Under the pieces are notes generated by a model. That model saw only the letters and a program-made list of their open reading frames with translations. It searched no databases and had not been told where the DNA came from. From the NCBI GenBank assembly GCA_964448115.1, contig CAYUVA010000008.1, positions 1 through 64,000 of the forward strand: 64,000 bases of DNA. The letters are read 5' to 3'. The translations under genes were made by a program, and so were the position numbers. Origin of the DNA: an uncultured bacterium (GTDB lineage Bacteria; CAYUVA01). Below are positions 30,401 through 38,210 of this stretch, piece after piece (the first letter of the stretch is position 1; every line of letters begins with the position of its first letter).

Positions 30401-32660
30401 AAAGCGTATCCGCCTTGGAGTCATTCACAAAAGCCAAGCCATAGGGCGAAACCTGCCAGTTCCACTTGTCCTTTGCTGGAAAGGAATCGTTCACGCTGAA
30501 GTCGCTTCCCAGCTTGTAGATCATCTTACCGTTCTCGTCAGCCATCCATAGGTAGCCATCGCCATAAGCCAATCCGCCCAGCGAATTGCGCTGCAGTTCA
30601 GTAAAACGGCTATGATCGGCTATATAAGCAGGCACCGAATATGTCGAGGCGGTGATTGTATAAGCTCCGGCAGCGCCATCATACCCATCGACGACCAAAT
30701 AGTATGTGCCCGGCTCAGCGAGGTAGGTCAGGAACTCTTCATCCTCCCAGTCGCTCCAGCGAATGCAGTCATGCTCGCTGCAACTGCCCAGCAGAAAAAG
30801 CCCCAGATCATCCCCCAACCCAGTAAGCGAAGCCTCCAGGATGCTCTGGCTGCCGATGGTAAAGGAGTGAATAACCTCAGGTCCGCTATAGTTCCACGAG
30901 ATGCAGCCGTAGAACGTAATATTGCTGTCAGCGCCGATAGTGGTGCCTGAATAGGGCACACCATCGCTAAGCGGTACCGGCGTGCTGCAATCGATAGCCG
31001 GGGTTGAAGTCGGCGTCGCCGTGGGGGTGCTCGATGGAGTAGGGGTTACCGTCGGCGTATCGGTGGGATAGATCACGCTGCGCAGATAGGTCAGGTTCAG
31101 CTCCAGGATATCATTGGTGCTGTTGTTGCAGGCTACAATTAGCTTGTTGTTCCCATAATCGATGGCAAGCCCTGCCGGACGGCACGCTTGGAGTGCCTCA
31201 TCCTTAATATGGCTGATTACATGCCCGAAGCAATTAGTGTGGTATATGTAATTCCCCAAGCCACCGTACCATATCGTGTCATCGCTAGTATCATAAGCCA
31301 GTGCTCGTTCATCAGAGTGCCGGGCAGACTCGAATGACCTGAGCACATTGCCATCATTATCTATCTTGGCGATGATATCGGGGTTGATGAATACCTGCCA
31401 GAAATAATCGCCATCCCACCCCATATCTGCGCCCCAAACCCAGGTGTTAAGCGCGGAAAAATCGATCTCCTCTCCTGTGTGGACTCCATCAGTGCCGATC
31501 TCGAAGTCCTTGTCAGCGCTCAGGCTCGAATACCAGAGATTGCCAGCTTTGGTACCTGGAACAAAGGTCAACCCCCAGGAACTGGTGTAGCTAAGCGGAT
31601 AGGTGGCAAGAATATTACCAGAGTGATCCACCTTGAGCAGACTATTGCCATTATAATCGACCAACCAGATATATGTGCCATCATAAGCGCATCCGGCGAT
31701 CGAATAGCCATCCAAGCTATCCAGGCTAACCTTGCTATCCACGAAGATACCGGTTGGCGTGGCGGTTGGCGTCGATGTCGGGGTGCGTGTCGGGGGAATG
31801 CCGGCAGCGAAGTTGGCGTTGAGAGTATATGAAGATGTGATGCCTGATGCACCATCGACCACAATATAATAAGTACCGCTGCTGACCGGAAACGACGAGA
31901 TAAGCTCATCGCCAGTGCCACTGGAGTCGCTGAAATCAAGGCAATCATACTCGCTGCAACCTCCGAGCAGCAGCAATGCTAGATCCGCACTCAAACCGGT
32001 CAGATTTACCGTCAAACCGCCATCTTCAGGGACATCGAAACTGTGCACCCGCTCCGGACCCGATAGTAGTCTCTCCAGGCAGTTGTATCTGAAGGCATTG
32101 CTGCTGCCACCACTTGTATCCCCCAAGTAAGGAGTATTGTTGGCAATGGGTATCGAGGAAGAGCAATCGAGAGCCTGGGTTGGAGTTGCAGTCGGAGTCG
32201 GGGTGTATGCAGTAAACGAAGCCCAGAGCGTATAATTGCCCGAAGCGCCCATCCAGCCATCGACAACTATATAATACATCCCCGGAGAGACGATCTCGAT
32301 GATCTCCTCTTGTTCCCAGTATTCACCGCTGGAGGCTATGCAGTCATCTTGATCGCAGGCGGACAGAAGCAGCAGGGTGAAATCCTCCTCCATCTCGGTG
32401 CAGATTATATGCAATGTGCCGTGAGCGGGAACATTGAAGGTATGCACCATATCCGGACCATTGAGTGAATTGGGATAGCAGCTATAGAGAGCAGCGTTTG
32501 CCGGTCCGCTCATATAACCACTATATTCAACACCATTCGTCAAAGGTATTGAGGAGCTGCAATCGAGTGGATACCACTTCTCGGCGATCGCCATACTTGA
32601 GGAAAAACAGGTAATAATAAAGATAAGAGGTATGATTCTATGGAACTCAGGTATTCGCAT
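27489..32660 (-). CDS. Large secreted modular surface protein (5 PPC-like beta-sandwich repeats, 3 beta-propellers, Pro/Thr linkers, C-terminal LYDDG..GD..GDG.Y domain)
   Basis: Signal peptide; five repeats ending YY/FIVVDG..G..G.Y; three propellers with G.AYDG.YLW blades; about 200-aa PT-rich tract; AAGGAG RBS. Confidence 0.85.
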   Translation of the reverse strand: MRIPEFHRIIPLIFIITCFSSSMAIAEKWYPLDCSSSIPLTNGVEYSGYMSGPANAALYSCYPNSLNGPDMVHTFNVPAHGTLHIICTEMEEDFTLLLLSACDQDDCIASSGEYWEQEEIIEIVSPGMYYIVVDGWMGASGNYTLWASFTAYTPTPTATPTQALDCSSSIPIANNTPYLGDTSGGSSNAFRYNCLERLLSGPERVHSFDVPEDGGLTVNLTGLSADLALLLLGGCSEYDCLDFSDSSGTGDELISSFPVSSGTYYIVVDGASGITSSYTLNANFAAGIPPTRTPTSTPTATPTGIFVDSKVSLDSLDGYSIAGCAYDGTYIWLVDYNGNSLLKVDHSGNILATYPLSYTSSWGLTFVPGTKAGNLWYSSLSADKDFEIGTDGVHTGEEIDFSALNTWVWGADMGWDGDYFWQVFINPDIIAKIDNDGNVLRSFESARHSDERALAYDTSDDTIWYGGLGNYIYHTNCFGHVISHIKDEALQACRPAGLAIDYGNNKLIVACNNSTNDILELNLTYLRSVIYPTDTPTVTPTPSSTPTATPTSTPAIDCSTPVPLSDGVPYSGTTIGADSNITFYGCISWNYSGPEVIHSFTIGSQSILEASLTGLGDDLGLFLLGSCSEHDCIRWSDWEDEEFLTYLAEPGTYYLVVDGYDGAAGAYTITASTYSVPAYIADHSRFTELQRNSLGGLAYGDGYLWMADENGKMIYKLGSDFSVNDSFPAKDKWNWQVSPYGLAFVNDSKADTLWFSSDDMDFEINTDGSPTGSYIDFWSQFKFWLVFDMGFDGTYLWQTVVNVFPEEYKIVQMDFAGNVISSFNTPSGTLEWGLCYDTSDNTLWFGGGSGALYHTTTSGSVLGYYTDYPFNAGINGLGIDTSQNDLYVSIESPDNEILRIDIDILKAGTTPTATPTATEVATATPTATPTPTNTATPAMTCSPVVQLTPGVAYYGDTNTGYNRVEEYSCTYRDYWGKEIIHTITIPDCSILDLQLTMLSANLDMFLLDSCSEQRCLAYATNEDTDDDFIIDFPALAQTYFIVVDGFEGDVGTYRIKAILRDVPSYVSKCFKHPGPELWSGAGIGHDGSWLWVADESLNAIDVITEDGIMLYSYPADYAQIYGVACVNDIKEMTVWYSADQTYSNYEIDTDGNITGRSMDLYDLFHHGFYAYGLPADLAYDGSHFWQNILDAELFTDYSFIGRFDIHGNLVDSFKSPSGGWEFGMAYDPYDQTLWFGGWESGNLYHFTTSGEILAAYDGFPFDVGISGLAVDEDSLWAVVDDAQGPIYELDLDVLRQPTPTGYLVCTEATPITGDGTYKGNTNNGSNNAEKYTSCHPLKMDAPEIVYSFSQANDFIIESILEYDFLCDIDIFLLQECHENSCILWGDEHLRSNTLSAGDYYLVVDGYNGCAGDYNLVITFEQPLPTATPTIMNTATPTATATDLPSMTPTTTPTAVPSATATLTPTTTSTASPTATVTATNTPTLVPPSATPTFTQTPTSAPSSTPTQTLTATPIPSDTPTSTQTPTSAPSSTPTITPTAEPSSTPTSTPTITNTPEATPTPTTTATSTATLIPTSTFTATPTVPTSTPTATILPTYTPTLTPSVEPTPTATLTATPTEAPPPVIMLGGYMNTRLSSSNGGFLMLVAFTTDQISEMEMALGGQPLGVFLYDDGTYPGDVAGDGLYVFSADVGVGAAVGQYLIELIARGESGTESLLYPYLNSED
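28060..28182. repeat. Internal direct repeat (39-bp identical core, 84-bp period) in the Pro/Thr linker
   Basis: GTCGGTGTGCTGCTCGGCGCACTGGTCGGCGTTTGAGTG at 28060-28098 and 28144-28182. Confidence 0.85.
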
Positions 32661-32772
32661 AGATTTCTCCTTTTAGTGAAAGGCATTATTGCCATAATAT
32701 CCCCGAACCGTTGACGGTCATATATGTTATCTTTTATGGATGAAAATGTCAATGAAAAAAAGAATTTAAAAT

Positions 32773-34164
32773 TTATTTTACAATAGATTTTAGCCTTTGA
32801 TAAACACGCCAGGACTTTGTTTTTCGCAGGCGATCCAGCCTTCTTTTGATCTCCCTGAGATTCTTTAGCTCTTCCTTTTTCTCAGCAAGAGATCGCTCCA
32901 GACTTTTAACATACTCCTCTTTCCTTTTTACCGCCTCATGTAGTGTCTCCAGCTTGTCCGCACATTCGATATCTCCCTCATCCGATGCCTCCTTATCCAT
33001 TTTGGCAGCGAGATCCTTTAACTTTGCCCTAAGCTGTTTGTTGTCCAGCACCACCACAACACTGCACTGGTCGCAGTAATCGGGCAATCGGCGCTGAATC
33101 ATATCCTCCCTTATCCTGTTAAAATAGTCGCCGAACCAGACCTCCTCGAGCGTTTTGTCATGGAGATATACTCCTTTATTGAATGTGGAGCAACAGCCGG
33201 CAAGCCCATCACCCTTGATGCCCATCAGATACCAGGGCTGGAAGCAGGGCGCATTAAGTAGTGAAATTTCCCTATCTTCAGACTCGCGATCAACAACCGT
33301 AGAGAAGCACCCCTTATCAACCAGGTCAGCGCGACCCTTAAAGTTGAGCACATTGGTCTCCATGCCCAGCTCATCGGCTCTTTTGGCTGCCTTGTCTATG
33401 GAGCGGTTCAGCAGTTCCGTATCCTCTGGCTTCAGCGAGAGATCGTCCTGTTTTAGATAGCCGGGATAGATAGGCTCGAAGAAAACCAGATCGATCCCCA
33501 GCTTAGCGCCAAGCTCGATCATCTTAACGAGTCCTTGCTCACTCTCCCCCTGGGAGAGGGCTGGTGTGAGAGTCTTTGAATATTCTCTATTAGCCTGCAC
33601 AGGATAAAGAAGCCGACGATGAAGTATAGTATTTAGCCCGATCTTGGGGAGTTTGCCAGCCCCATGCTTCTCCCTGATTGCCACCAGGTTGCTGATATTC
33701 TGCATAATCTTGTTGAATGAGCCTTTGCCCTGACGAAGCCTGTCATGGAGCTTGGCATCCCAGGTATCCACGCTGAACTGCACCTGGTCCCAGCCGATAT
33801 GGACCAGCAGCTTAGCAATATCATCGGTGAGCAGCACTCCATTAGTGGTGAGCTGTCCCCACATCCCCCCGCGTTTGATCTCCTCGAAGATGCGCGCGGA
33901 GATGCTTTTTCTGACCAGAGGTTCTCCTCCCCCGGAGATGATCCACTCCTTGACTCCGATGTGGGCTGCATGGCGGACGATCTCGATCAGCTTCTGGTCG
34001 CTCAGCTCCTTGCCATAAGAGTTTGTATCAGCGTTTATCTGCCAGCAGAAGATGCACTTCAGGTTGCAGCGGTTGGTGGGGTGTAGCTCGATGCGCACCG
34101 GCGCCTGCGCTTCGCCCTTATGCCAGCGATACAAGCGCACGATTTTCTCATCAGCCTCGCGCAC
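32773..34164 (-). CDS. Radical SAM/SPASM(twitch) protein with C-terminal coiled coil
   Basis: CNLKCIFC, SGGGEP, TTNG, CFQPW...GCC...C..C; C-terminal heptad region ending SWRVYQRLK. Confidence 0.9.
   Translation of the reverse strand: MREADEKIVRLYRWHKGEAQAPVRIELHPTNRCNLKCIFCWQINADTNSYGKELSDQKLIEIVRHAAHIGVKEWIISGGGEPLVRKSISARIFEEIKRGGMWGQLTTNGVLLTDDIAKLLVHIGWDQVQFSVDTWDAKLHDRLRQGKGSFNKIMQNISNLVAIREKHGAGKLPKIGLNTILHRRLLYPVQANREYSKTLTPALSQGESEQGLVKMIELGAKLGIDLVFFEPIYPGYLKQDDLSLKPEDTELLNRSIDKAAKRADELGMETNVLNFKGRADLVDKGCFSTVVDRESEDREISLLNAPCFQPWYLMGIKGDGLAGCCSTFNKGVYLHDKTLEEVWFGDYFNRIREDMIQRRLPDYCDQCSVVVVLDNKQLRAKLKDLAAKMDKEASDEGDIECADKLETLHEAVKRKEEYVKSLERSLAEKKEELKNLREIKRRLDRLRKTKSWRVYQRLKSIVK
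33539..33572 (-). repeat. REP-like palindromic element lying in frame inside the radical SAM gene
   Basis: Minus strand CTCTCACACCAGCCCTCTCCCAGGGGGAGAGTGA with hairpin CTCTCCC-3nt-GGGAGAG; reads TLTPALSQGESE. Confidence 0.65.
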
Positions 34165-35302
34165 CGCTTGTCATCTCCTCGATGGCTTTGATAAAGCTGT
34201 GGCAATCCTTATCGGTGTTAAAGTAACCGGGACTGACCCGTACCGCTCCCTGCTCGCCGGTTCCCAATACCCTATGTGCCAAGGGAGCACAATGTAAGCC
34301 GCCCCGGACGGCAATATCATAATGCGAGTCGAGAATGGTGCAGACCTCGATGGGATTCAATCCCTCTATAATAAAGGAGAGACAACCGATGATATGATCG
34401 ATACCCTCTCTGGCAAGCACTGTTATGCCTTTAATACCATCGATCCCATCGAAGATCATCCTGATGAGCCTTTTGTCGTGCTCGGTGATAATATCGATTC
34501 CTTGGGATTCGATGAATTCGATACCTGCCTTCAAGCCGGCGATACCGACTATATTCTGGGTGCCGCTCTCCAGGCAGGTGGGTAGCATATCCGGCTGCAA
34601 GGGTGATGATGAGTCCCCGCCGCTGCCACCCTCACGCCAGTTGCGCAGGCGAATGTCTGAATTGTGTATAAGAACTCCGGTTCCAGGAAGTCCGAAAAGC
34701 GACTTGTGCCCGGATGCAGCTAGGAAATCACAACCTAGCTCGTTGACATCGATCCTGAGTATCCCCGCAGCCTGACAGGCATCGATAAGCACAACGACAC
34801 CATGCTCTTTTGCAATGCGACAAATCTCCTTTACCGGCTGTATCACTCCAGTGATATTGCTCAGGTGGGTTACCGCTATGAGCCTGGTGTTCGGCTTGAT
34901 AGCAGCCCTGAAATCATCCGGGTCAAGCAGCCCGGCACTATCTATGCTCATCCAATCGACCGTGATGCCTAAATCCTGCGTTAGACGGTTCAGCGGCCTT
35001 ATCACCGAGTTGTGCTCGATCACCGTCGAGATGACATGATCCCCTGGCTTAAGCAACCCTTTGATCACCATGTTCAGAGCATCGGTGCCGTTTAATGCGT
35101 ATATAACCTGCTCAGCCCTCTTAGCACCGAAGAACCTAGCGAGTTTGCGACGGCACTCATCGAGGATGCGGGTCGCCTGGATGGCGCTCTTATAGTTCGA
35201 CCGCCCCGGATTAGCGCCTATCTCGGTCATGAAATGGTTGGCTGCCTTATAAACCGAATCCGGTTTGGGAAAGCTGGTCGAAGAGTTATCGAGGTAGATC
35301 AT
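34151..35302 (-). CDS. Cysteine desulfurase family (class V PLP aminotransferase)
   Basis: IYLDNSSTSFPKP, EHNSV.RP, H.SNITG, DACQ.AG, SGHKSL, ESGTQN, R.GLHCAP (catalytic Cys), VRVSPGYFN. Confidence 0.93.
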   Translation of the reverse strand: MIYLDNSSTSFPKPDSVYKAANHFMTEIGANPGRSNYKSAIQATRILDECRRKLARFFGAKRAEQVIYALNGTDALNMVIKGLLKPGDHVISTVIEHNSVIRPLNRLTQDLGITVDWMSIDSAGLLDPDDFRAAIKPNTRLIAVTHLSNITGVIQPVKEICRIAKEHGVVVLIDACQAAGILRIDVNELGCDFLAASGHKSLFGLPGTGVLIHNSDIRLRNWREGGSGGDSSSPLQPDMLPTCLESGTQNIVGIAGLKAGIEFIESQGIDIITEHDKRLIRMIFDGIDGIKGITVLAREGIDHIIGCLSFIIEGLNPIEVCTILDSHYDIAVRGGLHCAPLAHRVLGTGEQGAVRVSPGYFNTDKDCHSFIKAIEEMTSGARG

Positions 35303-35303
35303 C

Positions 35304-36359
35304 TTAGCCTCCTAGGTATCTAATGTAGATCGATTTTGCCATCTCTACATCTTCGGTGCCACGGATTTGTGCCCTGCCGTCCTGGTAGATGGTGATCTGG
35401 TACTCATCATCGCTGAACTTGATAAAATAAGGATTTAAGGTAACCTTGCCCAATGGCTGAAGCATCTCTGCAAGCCCTTTAAGATCAAACTCCAGCTTTC
35501 GTGGTGGATTCACCTGCACAGTGTTTCCCCCGCAGGTAGCTTCTGCTATCAGCTCATCCTTGTGATCGAGATACTCGTAGGTACCCTCCTTGCAGGCGAT
35601 ACATCCCATGGACGGCTCATACTCGGCGACGGTTATCTCGCTGAAGCTGGCGTTCCAAAGATCGACGGTAAGGATGCTTTTGCGCATGGCATCATGTTTC
35701 CCTGCAAGATACTTCATAGCTTCCAGCGCTTGTACAGCAGCAATGACTCTTGGAGCCGATGCAATTATCCCCACAGTAGCACAAGTTTGTGCATTGCCCG
35801 GCTCGCCATGATTCCCGAATAAACACCGAAAACAGAAGGTTTTGCCAGGTAGTATGTTATATGTCATTCCGCTAGCGCCCAAAACGCCTCCATAGATCCA
35901 TGGTATCCCCAGCTTCAGGGCTGCATCGTTGAGCAGAAAGCGCACATGGAAGTTATCGGTGCCATCCAAGATAATATCGAATCCTTCAAGCTGCTCTTCG
36001 ATGTTTGCAGGGCTAAGGCTCACCACGGATGCCATGATCTCTATAATGGGATTTATTGCGTTCAGTTTGCGTCGAGCAGCCTCAGCCTTGGGGAGGGCAT
36101 CGCTTATATCATCCATGTCAAACAGAGCCTGGCGTTGCAGGTTGGAAAGCTCCACGGTATCGCGATCAATGAGCTTTATCCTGCCGATTCCAGCCCTGGT
36201 TAATATATCAGCGATGGCGGTTCCGAGCGCCCCGCAGCCGACCACTATCGCAGAAGCATCCCCAAGTTTTCTTTGTCCCTCGATACCCAAATTGGGATAG
36301 ACTATCTGTCTTTGATAGCGTTTGTTCAGGTTCTGCTCCCCAGACTCATCCATGGCCAT
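35304..36359 (-). CDS. ThiF/MoeB family adenylyltransferase
   Basis: RYQRQI, VGCGALG, DRD.VELSNLQRQ.LF, DGTDNF..R, CFRC, TCATVG, C..C. Confidence 0.93.
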   Translation of the reverse strand: MAMDESGEQNLNKRYQRQIVYPNLGIEGQRKLGDASAIVVGCGALGTAIADILTRAGIGRIKLIDRDTVELSNLQRQALFDMDDISDALPKAEAARRKLNAINPIIEIMASVVSLSPANIEEQLEGFDIILDGTDNFHVRFLLNDAALKLGIPWIYGGVLGASGMTYNILPGKTFCFRCLFGNHGEPGNAQTCATVGIIASAPRVIAAVQALEAMKYLAGKHDAMRKSILTVDLWNASFSEITVAEYEPSMGCIACKEGTYEYLDHKDELIAEATCGGNTVQVNPPRKLEFDLKGLAEMLQPLGKVTLNPYFIKFSDDEYQITIYQDGRAQIRGTEDVEMAKSIYIRYLGG

Positions 36360-36408
36360 ACCTTACACGCATCTTTTTATTACCGGAAGGGATAAGTGTC
36401 AATCTCAA

Positions 36409-36437
36409 TTGACATGTATTACCAGTGCTTTTAAAAT
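36409..36437 (+). promoter_or_regulatory. Sigma70-type promoter of the three-gene AT-rich island
   Basis: TTGACA (36409-36414), 17 bp, TAAAAT (36432-36437); a second TTGACA on the minus strand (36402-36397) faces thiF/moeB. Confidence 0.7.
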
Positions 36438-36462
36438 AAAGACCGTGCAGAACAAAACAAAT

Positions 36463-36891
36463 ATGTCCAATTATATGCCAGATTATTTTGATGCTGCAAA
36501 ACGGCATTGGGAAGATGGCGAGTTATTGATGGAAAACAGCCGTTTGGCTAATGCTGATCAACTTTATGGTTTATCAGCGGAATGTGCGCTAAAGGCTGTT
36601 ATGTATGGATTGGGCATGCAACTTACATCTGAAGGATTACCTGAACGACCATACAGAGTGCATATTAATGATTTGTGGGATGAATTTATCACTTTCGCAG
36701 ATGATAGAGAAGGAGCTAGATATAGCGATTTTCTAAGGATTTCGTTGACAAACGATTTCAACGATTGGGATATAAGCCAACGATATATAAATCGAGCAAT
36801 GATAAATAATGGAGCTGTTCAAAGGCATAGAGATGGGACTATAAAGACAATAACTATACTTGAGCTAGCATTGGTGGATGGGATTGTTTGA
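36463..36891 (+). CDS. HEPN-like protein
   Basis: Helical pattern DAAKRHWEDGELL...A..LYGLSAECALKA...HINDLW...W.ISQRY; true start is probably ATG 36463 or 36475, not the TTG at 36322. Confidence 0.65.
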   Translation: MSNYMPDYFDAAKRHWEDGELLMENSRLANADQLYGLSAECALKAVMYGLGMQLTSEGLPERPYRVHINDLWDEFITFADDREGARYSDFLRISLTNDFNDWDISQRYINRAMINNGAVQRHRDGTIKTITILELALVDGIV

Positions 36892-38210
36892 TGAATAAGC
36901 AACAAATAGTAATGTTCAGCCAGGCTCTTGATAATGCAGTCAAAATGACAAAAGAGCTTGGAAGATCTCTGAAAAAGGAGATAATGCTAGTTCGTGATCT
37001 CTCTGGTCGTATTCGTGTCTTGCTGCCCGGCATTAATAGTGATTACAAGATGAATAAATTGAACCAGTTTGCTCAAGAACTTGCTGCTGCACTTGGTGCC
37101 TATGGATATCCTCCCCAAAGAACCGTGTTATTTGCTGATGAATTGAGCACTGGGAATGATTTTTTTATTTCGGATGATCGGCAGTTAATAGATGATGAAC
37201 ATGGGGTAAAAATCTACCTTCTTGACAGGCAAATCATGGGTCATGACTGGATGCGAATGCCATTGAAGAGAAAAACAAGTATTCCACGAGTTACCTTTTA
37301 TGGAATAAAAGGAGGCGTTGGACGCTCGACAGCACTAATAATATGGGCATGGAAACTGGCTGTAAATGGTAAAAAAGTATTAATTGTCGATATCGATCTC
37401 GAATCTCCCGGTACTAGCAGTACTTTACTTCCCAAAGATAGTATGCCCGATTATGGTATCGTGGATTGGTTTGTCGAAGATATGGTCGGTCAAGCTGAAG
37501 AAGTGGAGAAGGATATGATATCCTCCAGCCCGCTAGCAAAGAATCTGAAAGGTGAAATACGAATAATGCCCGCCTATGGGGCAAAGACCAAGGATTACCT
37601 GATCAAATTATCCAGATGTTATTCCCAAATCGGAGGAGATAATAAGAAATCCTGGGCTGAACGACTTAATACATTGGTAGAACATGCAGAAGAAAAAGAG
37701 ATACCCGATTTGGTTATTATAGATAGTCGAGCAGGGCTTCATGACATCGCGGCAGTAACCGCTACCAGGATGGATGCAACCGTTTTTCTTTTCGCCGTCG
37801 ATTCAATTCAAACCTGGAATGCTTACACTTTTTTATTTGAACAATGGAACAAACATCCAAACATAAATGATTTTAGAAATAATCTACAGATAGTTGCCAG
37901 CATGATACCTGAAACAGGAAGAGAGGATTATCTTACGAGATTCAAAGAAAATTCATGGGATCTATTTCGAGAACAAGTTTATACTGAAATTCAAGCTGGG
38001 GAATTAGATGAAGACTTCAGTTATGATCTTGAAGAACAAGATGCGCCCCACTATCCACTAACTATTTATTGGCATCGGGCATTGCAAGAGTTTAATCCCT
38101 GTCATACCTCCCAAGGAATTGATGTACAAACAGCCCAGGAAGCTATGGGTGAATTCTTCAAAGGCATTAAAAAGAAAAAGTTGATTAATTGGGTTGAAAG
38201 CAATGAGTGA
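36891..38210 (+). CDS. ParA/MinD-like ATPase with variant Walker A (KGGVGRST) and an N-terminal extension
   Basis: VTFYGIKGGVGRST, VLIVDIDLESPG, VIIDSRAGL; TGATG overlap with the upstream gene. Confidence 0.85.
   Translation: MNKQQIVMFSQALDNAVKMTKELGRSLKKEIMLVRDLSGRIRVLLPGINSDYKMNKLNQFAQELAAALGAYGYPPQRTVLFADELSTGNDFFISDDRQLIDDEHGVKIYLLDRQIMGHDWMRMPLKRKTSIPRVTFYGIKGGVGRSTALIIWAWKLAVNGKKVLIVDIDLESPGTSSTLLPKDSMPDYGIVDWFVEDMVGQAEEVEKDMISSSPLAKNLKGEIRIMPAYGAKTKDYLIKLSRCYSQIGGDNKKSWAERLNTLVEHAEEKEIPDLVIIDSRAGLHDIAAVTATRMDATVFLFAVDSIQTWNAYTFLFEQWNKHPNINDFRNNLQIVASMIPETGREDYLTRFKENSWDLFREQVYTEIQAGELDEDFSYDLEEQDAPHYPLTIYWHRALQEFNPCHTSQGIDVQTAQEAMGEFFKGIKKKKLINWVESNE

Noticed and set aside
35304-35320. 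ThiF/MoeB ends in Gly-Gly like a ubiquitin-type sulfur carrier
   Set aside because: The tail matches the usual C-terminal domain of long MoeB/ThiF proteins (DGR..I.GT.D...AK..Y.RY.G), not a beta-grasp fold; probably coincidental.
36322-36462. N-terminal 47 codons of the 189-aa ORF
   Set aside because: They overlap the thiF/moeB start and the promoter; the real start is probably ATG 36463 or 36475.
36891-38210. Chromosome or plasmid partition locus
   Set aside because: No parB or replication gene nearby; the Walker A is variant and the gene is embedded between HEPN-like and NTPase genes.
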